In this document: piece after piece, positions 29,037 to 38,349 of the stretch | How the letters are laid out: each line of letters starts with the position of its first letter | Position numbering within the stretch: the stretch's first letter is position 1 | DNA from: Ruminococcaceae bacterium UBA6392 | Lineage (GTDB): Bacteria > Bacillota > Clostridia > Oscillospirales > Acutalibacteraceae | Direction of reading: 5' to 3' | Length of the DNA: 49,440 bases | Assembly (NCBI GenBank): GCA_002438685.1 | Contig: DJQG01000013.1 | Span: 2,398-51,837, forward strand | Program-made: the position numbers and the translations under genes | Notes under the pieces: model-generated | Told to the model about the DNA's origin: nothing | The model's input: the letters and a program-made list of their open reading frames with translations, nothing else | The model's database searches: none

Positions 29037-29996
29037 ATGAAAAACAGAAGATTTTTATTCATCATTCTGATAGCCGTTCTGCTTATCTGCCCGCTCGCCG
29101 CAACAGGCGGCGCAAAAGTGCCGGAGAAAGGCGGCAATGAAGTCACAAAAGCGAACACACAAGATGACGGAGATTCGATACTCGTGCTCTCCTCTTCGAC
29201 GAAGAAGATAAACGAAATCGATATGTTCGAATACGTGGTCGGCGCGGTGGCGGCGGAGATGCCGCCGACATATCATTCGCAGGCTCTGCGCGCCCAGGCT
29301 GCCGTATGCTATACATATGCGGTCAAAAAGCGTTCCAGCCCCGATCCCACGCTCGGCGGCGCGGACATAACCGACGACAGCGCGGTGCATCAGGGATATT
29401 TGGACGCGGCGGCGCGCAAGGAAAAATGGGGCGACAAATACGAGACATATGAAAAGAAAATCGAAGAAGCTGTCAAAGACGTTTTCGGCAAGACGATAAC
29501 CTATAACGGAGAGATTATAACTGCGGCGTTTCACGCGATAAGCTGCGGACAGACCTTCAGCGCGGAGGAGGTCTGGGGCAAGGATGTCCCCTACTTGAAG
29601 AGCGTCACGAGCGCGGGCGACAGGCTCTCGCCCGACTATTCATCGACGCTGACACTGACGGCGGATGAATTCAAAAAAGCTTTCGCCGGCTCGGGCGCGG
29701 AGTTCGACGGCGACGCAAAAAAGTGGATTGGCGAAACAAAAAAGACGGACAGCGGATATATTTCCTGCATAGCTATTGGGGAAAAAGAATTCACGGGCGC
29801 ACAGGTGCGCGAAAAGCTGGGGCTCCGCAGTGCCTGCTTCGAGATAAAATACACGGGCGACGAGTTCAGAATTACCGTTCACGGCTACGGTCACGGGGTT
29901 GGCATGAGCCAATACGGCGCGGACTACATGGCGCGGCAGGGCTCCGACTGGCAGGAGATAATCAAGCACTATTACACGGGAGTGGAGATAAAATAA
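29037..29996 (+). CDS. spoIID: Stage II sporulation protein D (SpoIID/LytB lytic transglycosylase)
   Basis: YVVGAVAAEMP, ALRAQA, GYGHGVGMSQYGA, IIKHYY. Confidence 0.92.
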   Translation: MKNRRFLFIILIAVLLICPLAATGGAKVPEKGGNEVTKANTQDDGDSILVLSSSTKKINEIDMFEYVVGAVAAEMPPTYHSQALRAQAAVCYTYAVKKRSSPDPTLGGADITDDSAVHQGYLDAAARKEKWGDKYETYEKKIEEAVKDVFGKTITYNGEIITAAFHAISCGQTFSAEEVWGKDVPYLKSVTSAGDRLSPDYSSTLTLTADEFKKAFAGSGAEFDGDAKKWIGETKKTDSGYISCIAIGEKEFTGAQVREKLGLRSACFEIKYTGDEFRITVHGYGHGVGMSQYGADYMARQGSDWQEIIKHYYTGVEIK

Positions 29997-30029
29997 AAAT
30001 CGGGGCTTCCCCGAAAGAGAAAGCCCCGA
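29991..30029 (-). terminator. Intrinsic terminator of the small secreted gene
   Basis: TCGGGGCTTTCTC-TTTC-GGGGAAGCCCCGA-TTTTTATTT; the G-U pairs form only on the minus strand. Confidence 0.75.
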
Positions 30030-30041
30030 AGACGATAATTT

Positions 30042-30536
30042 TCAGCTCTGTTCGATATTGCCGTTATAAGTTATTCTGTAGTTGAGCGTCGCTATCTGCA
30101 CGCCGCAATAGCTGATAACAAGACAAGCGCAATCCGAATCGACAATTTTTTCAAAAGTTATTCCGTCCGCAGCTCCGTTATAAGACACCTCAAGCCCAGT
30201 TATCACCGAAGTTTTGTCAACGGGCGAATACATTCCCGAGGCGGTGACTTCAAACGAAGCGAGCACGCCTAGCTTTTCATGCGACAGTATATCGGCAAAG
30301 ACAACCGACTTTACCTTGTCGGTATAGCCCGAGGCGGCTTTGCTCACGGGGATCTTCATCACCGAGCAGGAATATCCGTTCCCAATGTTCAGCAAATCGC
30401 CCACGATGATATCTTCGCAGATAACTATCGAGGGTCTGTCCTCGCCGCTGTCATAGGCTAACGCCTAAGTACCTGCGCCAAAGGCAAATGAAGCACACAG
30501 CAGCAGAGCCATTAACACACTTACGATTCTTTTCAT
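30042..30536 (-). pseudogene. Secreted protein of 164 codons with one in-frame TAG at codon 24
   Basis: MKRIVSVLMALLLCASFAFGAGT*ALAYDSGEDRPSIVICEDIIVGDLLNIG... continues in frame into ORF 30042..30404. TAG at 30467-30465; AAGGGTGG RBS. Confidence 0.7.
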
Positions 30537-30585
30537 TTGAAAGCCACCCTTGAAATTTTTATAGTTAATTTGTCTCGGCAATTTC

Positions 30586-30614
30586 ATTTTAAAATATAAA
30601 TCGCAAAATGTCAA
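30586..30614 (-). promoter_or_regulatory. sigmaA-type promoter
   Basis: TTGACA-17 nt-TAAAAT. Confidence 0.7.
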
Positions 30615-30645
30615 GTAAATTCAAAAAAACGTTTCCGTATTATAA

Positions 30646-30688
30646 AATAACGCAAATCGGCGCCCGCGCAGCTCTGCGCGGACGCCGA
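30646..30688 (-). terminator. Terminator of the FHA-SEDS-PBP operon
   Basis: TCGGCGTCCGCGCA...TGCGCGGGCGCCGA hairpin followed by a T-rich tail. Confidence 0.7.
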
Positions 30689-30700
30689 AGTTTCAGCTTC

Positions 30701-32068
30701 TTAATTTACGCCTTTTTTTGCCGCGGCCTGCATGACTTTGTTGGCTATGGGTGCCGCCGCGCTGATACCCTCGCCGCCGTGTTCGACAACAACGACGACT
30801 GCCAGCGGGAGATCCTCGCGCTCGGAGAACGCGACAAACCACGAATGAGGCTCGCCGTCCGAGACCTGCGCGGTGCCTGTCTTTCCGCCGAGCTGAAGTC
30901 CGGGGAACTTGCCCTCTCCGTAGTGGGTCGTGACATTCTTTCGGAGCATATCTTTGATGGTGTTCGCTATATTTTCATCGAGATATTTGAGCGTCGGCGA
31001 AGTCAGCGAGCTAAATGTGCTGTCGCTCTTTAGCAGCTTCGGCGCAGGCGCGCTGCCGCCGTTCGCTATCGCGCCCATCATTGTGAGCATCTGGCATGGA
31101 TTCGCAAGGGTCTGATACTGACCGATGCCCGCCCAGCCGCGGTCAACGCTGACTGCACCATCGAGGGTAAAGTAGCTTTTTACAACACTTATTCCGTCTA
31201 TTGTAATGCGCTTGTTGAAGCCGACCTGCTCGGCGGTCTTTGTCAGCGCGTCATTGCCGAGTTCATCGGCAATGCAGGCGAATGTGCTGTTGCAGGATTT
31301 GCTGAGCGCCTGCTGGAAATTGAGCTTTCCGTGGACGGAGTTGCACTTGACGATACCTGTCGAAGTCTTATATTGACCGGTGCAGGTAAATGTGCGCGAA
31401 TTTATATCGGGTATATTTTCGAGCGCACTTATCGCCGTGACGATCTTGAAAGTCGAGCCGGGAGTGAACACGCCCGACAAGAATCGGTTGAGATATATCG
31501 CCTCGTATTTTCCTGTCGTGTCGCTGTCGATATCGGTCGGCTTGTTATATGGGTCGTAAGTCGGGGTCGAGACCATGCAGAGAATCTCGCCAGTCTTGTA
31601 GTTATATACACCGACTGCGCCCTTTCTGCCGTTCAATGCGTTATACGCCGTGACGCAGAGGTCGGCGTCTATGGTGAGGGTTATATCGTTGCCCGCTCCG
31701 TTTCTCTTCAAATCATATACGCCGTTTAGGAAGCTGTAGCCCGTGAGCTGACCGCGGAACGCGCTGTGCGCTCCGGTTGAGATAAATCCCTCGAGGTCGC
31801 CGACGGCGTGGAGTGTCGCGCGGCGCACGGTGCTGTTTGAGTTATATTTTCTCTCGCCGTCCACCGTCTGAGCCAGCACCTTGCCGTTGCGGTCATATAT
31901 CGTGCCCGCCGCGACTATCTGACCCGACGAATATATATGCTTGTTGGCGCGCTTGAACACCCATGTTTCGGCGTTGATGCCGAATGTTGCCGCGAGGACC
32001 ATGACGCCCGCAAGGAAAATTGCCACGAGCGCAAACATGAGCTTTGAGCGTTTTGCTATGCCTTTCAT
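30701..32068 (-). CDS. Class B penicillin-binding protein (PbpA-like transpeptidase)
   Basis: N-terminal anchor; GTIYDRNG; catalytic motifs STFK, SCN, KTGT. Confidence 0.93.
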   Translation of the reverse strand: MKGIAKRSKLMFALVAIFLAGVMVLAATFGINAETWVFKRANKHIYSSGQIVAAGTIYDRNGKVLAQTVDGERKYNSNSTVRRATLHAVGDLEGFISTGAHSAFRGQLTGYSFLNGVYDLKRNGAGNDITLTIDADLCVTAYNALNGRKGAVGVYNYKTGEILCMVSTPTYDPYNKPTDIDSDTTGKYEAIYLNRFLSGVFTPGSTFKIVTAISALENIPDINSRTFTCTGQYKTSTGIVKCNSVHGKLNFQQALSKSCNSTFACIADELGNDALTKTAEQVGFNKRITIDGISVVKSYFTLDGAVSVDRGWAGIGQYQTLANPCQMLTMMGAIANGGSAPAPKLLKSDSTFSSLTSPTLKYLDENIANTIKDMLRKNVTTHYGEGKFPGLQLGGKTGTAQVSDGEPHSWFVAFSEREDLPLAVVVVVEHGGEGISAAAPIANKVMQAAAKKGVN

Positions 32069-32089
32069 TCAATCAGTCCTTTCCGCGGG

Positions 32090-33343
32090 TTACGAGTCAG
32101 AATCGAGATAATATTTCGAGCCTATCCAGGTGCGGTTGTCCGCCGCCTTGATGAATGCTATCAGCGCCCAGCAGCATATCGCGCTCGAACCGCCTCGGCT
32201 GATGAACGGGAGGGTGACGCCCGTAAGGGGCAGAAGATCGGTGACGCCGAAAACATTGAGTCCCGTCTGGAAGAGCAGGAGGCAGCCCGCCGCTATACCG
32301 GATATTGCATAGAAAGCCGAGCGCGAACCGCTCGCACAGCGGATGCTGTGAAACGCGATAAACATGATGCAGAGGATGACGAGGATGCCCATGATAATGC
32401 CCCACTCCTCGCATATCATGCCGAATACCAAATCTTCCGTCGCCGCGGGGACTTCTTTTAGCTTTCCGTCGCCGATGCCGACGCCGAGCAGTCCGCCGCT
32501 GACGCTGTAGATGAGCACGCGCGTCTGCTGATAGCCCTTGCCGTACATATCGTCCCAAACATGGCGGTAGGTCGCAAAGCGAGCCATGACAAAGTCGGAG
32601 CGTATCAGCACAACGAGTCCCGCCGCCATCGCCGCGCCGACGCACAGGAGCACTATCGTGCGGAAATCGCCGGAGCGCATGAACGCGAGGACTATAAACG
32701 TAAAGAAGAATATCAGCGCCGCGCCGAGATCGCGCATTAAGAACAGCAGCGCCACGCAGACGACGCAGAAGATAATATATTTTGTGAGCGAGCGAGTTGT
32801 CTGCAATTTATCGAGAGTTGCCGCGCCGACAAAGACGAATGCGACTTTGACGAACTCGGACGGCTGGATGGACATTCCGCCGATACTCAGCCAGTTGAAC
32901 GCACCTTTTATATTGTGCGCGAGGATAAGCGTCAAGACCAGCAGACCTATTGCCGCCACGGCCATGGGCGTTCTCATCACCATGGCGCGGTCGACATTCG
33001 AGATGAGCCAGAGCAGGGCGACAAAGCAGAATATGCCGAGCATATCCGCGACGAACTGCGTCTTGACCAAATCTTTGTTCGCGCCCGCGACGGTGACAAG
33101 TCCTATGCCTGTCAGGAAGAACGCTATCATTTCGAGCGCCGGGTCCGCGCGTTTTCTCGCTATCGACATCGCGATGAAATAAACCCACTCAACGGCGAGA
33201 TACGCGCCGAAGAATATAAGACATTCCGTGCTCAGCGAACCGTCGTCGTTGAACACGACCTGTGCCATTGATATGACCTGGAACGCCGTGAGCAGAATCA
33301 GCGCGGGGAGCCACCATTTTGTTCTCTTCATTGTCTTTTTCAT
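32090..33343 (-). CDS. FtsW/RodA/SpoVE (SEDS) glycosyltransferase
   Basis: IQPSEFVK, DLG, GGLLGVGIG, EEWG, LPLTGVTLPFISRGGSS. Confidence 0.93.
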   Translation of the reverse strand: MKKTMKRTKWWLPALILLTAFQVISMAQVVFNDDGSLSTECLIFFGAYLAVEWVYFIAMSIARKRADPALEMIAFFLTGIGLVTVAGANKDLVKTQFVADMLGIFCFVALLWLISNVDRAMVMRTPMAVAAIGLLVLTLILAHNIKGAFNWLSIGGMSIQPSEFVKVAFVFVGAATLDKLQTTRSLTKYIIFCVVCVALLFLMRDLGAALIFFFTFIVLAFMRSGDFRTIVLLCVGAAMAAGLVVLIRSDFVMARFATYRHVWDDMYGKGYQQTRVLIYSVSGGLLGVGIGDGKLKEVPAATEDLVFGMICEEWGIIMGILVILCIMFIAFHSIRCASGSRSAFYAISGIAAGCLLLFQTGLNVFGVTDLLPLTGVTLPFISRGGSSAICCWALIAFIKAADNRTWIGSKYYLDSDS

Positions 33344-34128
33344 GCGCTCTCCCCTCCCGTCGTTCTGAAAGTGAGCGTGCTGCCGCAGATATTGATCGTG
33401 TCGCCGTCATTGAGCTGGGTCATGCGTCTGACGGGTCTACCGTTGAGCAGAGTGCCGTAGGTCGAATCCATATCCGTAACGCTCCATTTGCCCGTTCCGT
33501 CGTCGAACACGAGCATGGCGTGATGAGCCGAGACGTTCTGCCGCTTCAGCTTTATCTGCACATCGTCTCCGCTGCCTATCATGCAGGTTATAAGACCGTC
33601 GATTCTGTATGCGTTGCCAGTCTTTTCGTCGACTATATAATCCGCGTGCTCGTCCGCAGGGGCGGACTGTTCACCGTCCGCCTGTTCAATATGCTCTTCG
33701 GGAGCCTGCTCGGGCTCAATAGCCGCATTCTCAACGAACACGAACACTGCGTTGCCGAAAACTATCGTGTCCCCGTCCGCGATGGCGCGGGGCTTGTCTA
33801 TCTTCTCGGCATTGATATACGTTCCCGTCTTCGAGCGCGTGTCTGTCACGCGCCAGCCGTTCTTATGCTTTGAAAGCACGGCGTGAAAGCGCGAGACGGT
33901 GTTATATCCGAGGACGATATCGCACGCCTTGCTGCGCCCGACCGACACCTCGTAGCCGGACAGCGGCAGACGGTCGCCGTTCGCCTCGTTGACCAGATAT
34001 CCGGTGACGCCGATCTTCTTGTTGCCCTTGAGCAGAGAGGGCACGCAGAATGCCGCAACAAGCAGCGCGAGCACGGGCATAATCCACCGCGCCGCATCGC
34101 CGAATATGAGAGATATATCTATATCCAT
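33340..34128 (-). CDS. Membrane-anchored tandem FHA domain protein
   Basis: N-terminal TM; FHA1 GRS...VSRFHA...SKTGTYIN; FHA2 GSG...VSAHHA...STYGTLLNG; GGAGGT RBS before 34128; ATGA overlap with the SEDS gene. Confidence 0.9.
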   Translation of the reverse strand: MDIDISLIFGDAARWIMPVLALLVAAFCVPSLLKGNKKIGVTGYLVNEANGDRLPLSGYEVSVGRSKACDIVLGYNTVSRFHAVLSKHKNGWRVTDTRSKTGTYINAEKIDKPRAIADGDTIVFGNAVFVFVENAAIEPEQAPEEHIEQADGEQSAPADEHADYIVDEKTGNAYRIDGLITCMIGSGDDVQIKLKRQNVSAHHAMLVFDDGTGKWSVTDMDSTYGTLLNGRPVRRMTQLNDGDTINICGSTLTFRTTGGESA

Positions 34129-34179
34129 GAGTCCACCTCCGATAATCACAACGACTGACTAAAAGTTATTCCTGCTGTC

Positions 34180-34208
34180 ATTTTACTTTTTTCACAGTCA
34201 AAAGTCAA
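34180..34208 (-). promoter_or_regulatory. sigmaA-type promoter of the FHA operon
   Basis: TTGACT-17 nt-TAAAAT. Confidence 0.6.
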
Positions 34209-34344
34209 CCGCGCGCCCGTACTTAGTTCGTTCATATTTGGGCGATACCCTTGATTTTGTTCGCGATATAATGTATTCTATTATCACAGCGCAAAAAGCG
34301 CAGAGGATGTTAAAACAAATATTCTTAAAGGAATGATGATAAAA

Positions 34345-35205
34345 ATGAAAAAAGCTATTCTGTGTATTTTCATGTGCTTTGTGCTCATGCTGAGCTTTGC
34401 CGCGTGCAAGAACAATGACAGTGATCCTGACACCACAGCCGCTTCCGACAGCGCGGGCAGCTCCGCGGAGGACACCACTTCAAGCCTTGAGGACATAATC
34501 AGCGCCCTCAACGGGACTGACTCCACGGATCCTTCGAACCCCGCGAGCACCACCGAGGCAACCGAGCCCGAGACGATGCCCGAGGGCAAAGAGGTCAAGA
34601 ACAACGCCGCGAAGTCCGATGTCAAGAAGACCCGCTTCTATGCCTATTTCCAGAAGAACTCGAAGCGCGACTCATTCACCATGACCGCGACCTGCTCTTC
34701 AAATATGCAGGGCACATCCGCCAATATGCCCATGACTGTTGTCAAGTCCGGCAAGAAGTCCTACATGAGCATGAAAGCCCCCGTCGGCAACGGCGTGTCA
34801 ATGACAATGTCGTTCATTGCGGACGGCGACAAGTTCTATATGGTATTCCCCGAGGGCAGGATGTATCTCGCTGTTGACGCGAGCGAGGCCGGCGATGTCA
34901 ACGAGGCTATGAACTCCATTTCGGCGATAGACTTTGAGGGCATGGAATATGTCAAGACCTCGGAAGTCAAGGCTGACGGCAAGAAATATATCTGCGAAGA
35001 GTACAAGAGCAACGACAGCACGATAAAATGCTATTTCTCCGGCGACGACCTCGTCAAGATGGAAATTCTCAGCAGCCAGGGCGTGCTCGTCTGCGACGAT
35101 ATCAAATTCTCCTCAAAAGTCGATGAGAGCGTGTTCAAAATCCCCTCGGGCTACACCGATATATCCACTCTCTACGGCTCGAACGGACAGTTCACAGGGT
35201 TTTAA
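34345..35205 (+). CDS. Lipoprotein with a beta-rich (LolA/DUF4412-like) domain
   Basis: Lipobox FAAC, S/T/D-rich linker, C-terminal VDESVFKIPSGY typical of LolA-like folds. Start may instead be 34333 or 34336. Confidence 0.75.
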   Translation: MKKAILCIFMCFVLMLSFAACKNNDSDPDTTAASDSAGSSAEDTTSSLEDIISALNGTDSTDPSNPASTTEATEPETMPEGKEVKNNAAKSDVKKTRFYAYFQKNSKRDSFTMTATCSSNMQGTSANMPMTVVKSGKKSYMSMKAPVGNGVSMTMSFIADGDKFYMVFPEGRMYLAVDASEAGDVNEAMNSISAIDFEGMEYVKTSEVKADGKKYICEEYKSNDSTIKCYFSGDDLVKMEILSSQGVLVCDDIKFSSKVDESVFKIPSGYTDISTLYGSNGQFTGF

Positions 35206-35207
35206 AA

Positions 35208-35948
35208 ATGAGCGTAAATAACAAAAATGTGATAATAACCGGAGCTGCCGGCGGCATAGGCCGTGCGGCGGCTCTTGCCTTTGCAAAAGACGGATTCGGC
35301 GTGCTGATTAACTACCGCACTTCCGAAGATGCGGCTCTCGCCCTCTGCCGCGAGATAAACGAAGAAAACGGCAGGGCGTTCTGCTTCAGAGCCGATGTGA
35401 GCGTGAGAAGCGAAGTGGACAAGATGACGGACTTCGCCCGCAGGGAGCTCGGCAGAATAGGTGTGCTTATAAACAACGCCGGCATCGCCCAGCAGAAGAT
35501 GTTCTGCGACATCACCGAGCTGGATTTCGACCGCATGATGGGCGTCACGGTCAAGGGCACGTTCAACTGCATTCAGGCGGCACTGCCCGACATGGTTCAC
35601 GAAAAGAGCGGAAAGATAATCAATGTTTCCTCCATGTGGGGCGTATGCGGCGCGTCGTGCGAGGTGCATTATTCCGCCGCAAAATCGGCTCTGATCGGGC
35701 TGACAAAGGCACTTGCGCGCGAGCTTGCGCCGTCAAACATTCAGGTCAACTGCATCGCCCCCGGCGTTATCGACACGAAGATGAACGCCTCCCTCGGCGA
35801 AGAGACGCTCGAACTTTTAAAAGAAGAATCTCCCATGGGACGCTTCGGCACTCCGGAAGAGGTGGCGCGCCTCATGCTCTTCCTCGCGGGGGACGGTTCG
35901 GATTTCATAACCGGGCAGACGATAGGCATAGACGGCGCTTTTATCTGA
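35208..35948 (+). CDS. SDR oxidoreductase, FabG/YmfI-like
   Basis: TGAAGGIG, NNAG, YSAAK. The segment SSMWGVCGASCEVHYS resembles the YmfI subfamily. Confidence 0.88.
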   Translation: MSVNNKNVIITGAAGGIGRAAALAFAKDGFGVLINYRTSEDAALALCREINEENGRAFCFRADVSVRSEVDKMTDFARRELGRIGVLINNAGIAQQKMFCDITELDFDRMMGVTVKGTFNCIQAALPDMVHEKSGKIINVSSMWGVCGASCEVHYSAAKSALIGLTKALARELAPSNIQVNCIAPGVIDTKMNASLGEETLELLKEESPMGRFGTPEEVARLMLFLAGDGSDFITGQTIGIDGAFI

Positions 35949-36004
35949 TGCACACATTGTGCTCAATTTTTCCGTTCATTTTTATAGTTTTTGTATAATT
36001 CTTC

Positions 36005-36033
36005 TTGATTTCTCATTCTTTTTATGTTAAAAT
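36005..36033 (+). promoter_or_regulatory. sigmaA-type promoter
   Basis: TTGATT-17 nt-TAAAAT with TATG extension. Confidence 0.6.
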
Positions 36034-36105
36034 CAATTGAAATGTACACAAACAAAGCTGCGGAGGGGTTTTTCGCGGCAACAAAATCTGTTTGGAGGAA
36101 ACGAT

Positions 36106-37200
36106 ATGGCTAACTGCCCCAAGTGCGGCGCGCATCTCAAACTGACTGACTGGCGCCCCACCTGCCCTCATTGCGGCATCAATCTTATCTACTACGGAAT
36201 GGAGGAGCGTCTGCTCGAGGATGCCGACAAGGCCGAGAGCGAACATGCCATATTCCAGAAGAAGCTTGACAGACTCAAGGCTTCGTTCATCGGATCCCCC
36301 CTGACAATAATCAGAATCGTGCTCAGCCTTCTTCCCATCGGAGCACTTATGCTCCCGCTGGCGAATGTGTCCTTCTGGGGACCGTTCTTTGATAAGAAAG
36401 TGTCGGTCAACGCCATCACGATATACAATGCGGTGTCTTCGCTCGACTTTGACGCGCTGTTCAAGTATATCGGTTCGAACTTCTTCGGAAACACTTTCCT
36501 GCTCTACTTCATATCGCTTGTAACGATTCTGCTTTCGGCAGTGCTCATCCTCGTCAGCCTCATTATGCTCACGATGGCATGCTCAAAGCGCGGCAATCCC
36601 CGCAATATCACACTCAACAGCATCACGCTTGTGCTTGCGGCGGTTTCGGTAATCTGCTTCAACCTTTTCGCGAAGGATCTCACCAAGTTCTTCCCTGATG
36701 TTTTCAGCGGTTCGGTCGGCTTCGGCGCATATGTGTTCCTCGGAACGCTCGTCGCGCTGCTCGTCATCAACATCGTCATCGCGAAGGTCGGCGTGAAGGT
36801 CAAGTATAAAGAGACATTCATCGGCGGTATCCCGTCTGAGGAATACTTCGAATATGTCAAGCAGGGCATGAGCACCCACGCTATCAGAAAGATGATGGCA
36901 GAGATCGACGCGAACAACAAAGTCGAGCTCGCCATGAAGGCAAAGGAAGAGGCCGACAAGCTCGAAGCAGAGGCAGAGAAGCTCTCCGCAGAGGCGAAGG
37001 CTGCAGAAGCCGCAGGCGATTCCGAAGCCGGTCACAAGACCCAGCTTGCCGCTCAGGCGGTCGATGCGGCTGCGAAGAAGGCACTGGAAGCTGCGGAACT
37101 CGCAAGAGAAGCTACCGCCGCCATGGAGTCCCTCAAGCAGTTCAATGAGTCCGGCGCAGAGACAGAAGAAAAGGAGCCTGTCTCTTCAACAGACAAATAA
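36106..37200 (+). CDS. Hypothetical membrane protein: N-terminal zinc ribbon, ~4 TM, C-terminal Ala/Glu/Lys coiled coil
   Basis: CPKC-x12-CPHC; hydrophobic segments; GGAGG RBS before ATG 36106. Confidence 0.85.
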   Translation: MANCPKCGAHLKLTDWRPTCPHCGINLIYYGMEERLLEDADKAESEHAIFQKKLDRLKASFIGSPLTIIRIVLSLLPIGALMLPLANVSFWGPFFDKKVSVNAITIYNAVSSLDFDALFKYIGSNFFGNTFLLYFISLVTILLSAVLILVSLIMLTMACSKRGNPRNITLNSITLVLAAVSVICFNLFAKDLTKFFPDVFSGSVGFGAYVFLGTLVALLVINIVIAKVGVKVKYKETFIGGIPSEEYFEYVKQGMSTHAIRKMMAEIDANNKVELAMKAKEEADKLEAEAEKLSAEAKAAEAAGDSEAGHKTQLAAQAVDAAAKKALEAAELAREATAAMESLKQFNESGAETEEKEPVSSTDK

Positions 37201-37218
37201 AAGCAATATCAGATTTTC

Positions 37219-37254
37219 AAAGCCGTACAGTATCCGCTGTGCGGCTTTATTTTT
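37219..37254 (+). terminator. Intrinsic terminator
   Basis: AAAGCCGTACAG-TATCCG-CTGTGCGGCTTT-ATTTTT. Confidence 0.8.
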
Positions 37255-37267
37255 ATAATCATAATCA

Positions 37268-37296
37268 TTGCAACCGCACAGTTTTTATGCTAAAAT
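37268..37296 (+). promoter_or_regulatory. sigmaA-type promoter of dusB
   Basis: TTGCAA-17 nt-TAAAAT with TATG extension. Confidence 0.65.
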
Positions 37297-37324
37297 CTAC
37301 TGAGTATCTTTCGGAGGTGGCAAG

Positions 37325-38299
37325 TTGTATTATTTATCGGCTGAAAAACTGAAGAGCGGCGCTCTGCTCGCCCCGATGGCAGGCGTGGCGGACAGATCCA
37401 TGCGCGAGCTGTGCATGGAGTTCGGCGCAATAGGCTGCATCGGCGAGATGGCAAGCTCAAAGGGCATAAGCATGAACGACCGCAAATCCTCCGAGCTGCT
37501 GAGTCTGAGCGACGCCGAACGCCCGGCGGGCGTCCAGATATTCGGCGATGTGCCCGAGATAATGGCAAAAGCCATTGATACCTGCATGAAATATTCGCCC
37601 GATTTCATTGATATAAACATGGGCTGCCCCGCGCCTAAGGTTGCGGGAAACGGCGGCGGCAGTGCGCTGATGAAACGCCCGGAACTTGCCGCAGAGATAG
37701 TCGCGCAGTGCGTAAAAGTCTCCCCCGTTCCGATAACGGTCAAGATGCGCGCCGGCTGGGACGCGGAAAATATCAATGCACCGGAGCTTGCCGTGCTCTG
37801 CGAGCAAGCGGGTGCGGCGGCGATAACCGTACACGGCAGAACCCGCAAGCAGATGTATGCGCCGCCGGTCGATCTCGATGTGATAGCCGAAGTGAAAAGG
37901 CGCGTAAAAAATATACCCGTCATCGGAAACGGCGACATAGTCGACGGCAAGAGTGCTGCGGATATGTTCAACAAAACCGGCTGCGACGGAATAATGGTCG
38001 GGCGCGGGGCACTCGGCAGACCGTGGGTGTTCACTCAGATAAGCGAATATTTAAAAAGCGGAAATGTTCTTCCCGACCCGCCGGTAGACGAGCGCATGGA
38101 CATAATGCTTCGGCATATCAGCGCGCTGATAGCGAACAAGGGCGACTATATCGGAATCCGCGAGGCGCGCAAGCACTCGTCGTGGTATATCCGCGACATG
38201 CACGGGGCGGCGGCTTTTCGCCGCGAGCTCGGCACGCTCGAAAGCTTCGAGCAGCTTGAAGCGATAGCGAAAAAGGTAACTGAATCTGCCGCAGAATAG
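37325..38299 (+). CDS. dusB: tRNA dihydrouridine synthase B
   Basis: LAPMAG, DINMGCP, TVHGRT, IGNGDI, GIMVGRGALGRPW; TTG start after GGAGGT. Confidence 0.95.
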   Translation: MYYLSAEKLKSGALLAPMAGVADRSMRELCMEFGAIGCIGEMASSKGISMNDRKSSELLSLSDAERPAGVQIFGDVPEIMAKAIDTCMKYSPDFIDINMGCPAPKVAGNGGGSALMKRPELAAEIVAQCVKVSPVPITVKMRAGWDAENINAPELAVLCEQAGAAAITVHGRTRKQMYAPPVDLDVIAEVKRRVKNIPVIGNGDIVDGKSAADMFNKTGCDGIMVGRGALGRPWVFTQISEYLKSGNVLPDPPVDERMDIMLRHISALIANKGDYIGIREARKHSSWYIRDMHGAAAFRRELGTLESFEQLEAIAKKVTESAAE

Positions 38300-38302
38300 A
38301 AT

Positions 38303-38349
38303 AAAAAAGGGAAACCGCCGGAAAGCCAAAAGCTCTCCGGCGGTTCCCC
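38303..38349 (-). terminator. Strong intrinsic terminator (minus strand; may also stop dusB)
   Basis: GGGGAACCGCCGGAGAGC-TTTTG-GCTTTCCGGCGGTTTCCC-TTTTTT; its two G-U pairs form only on the minus strand. Confidence 0.85.
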
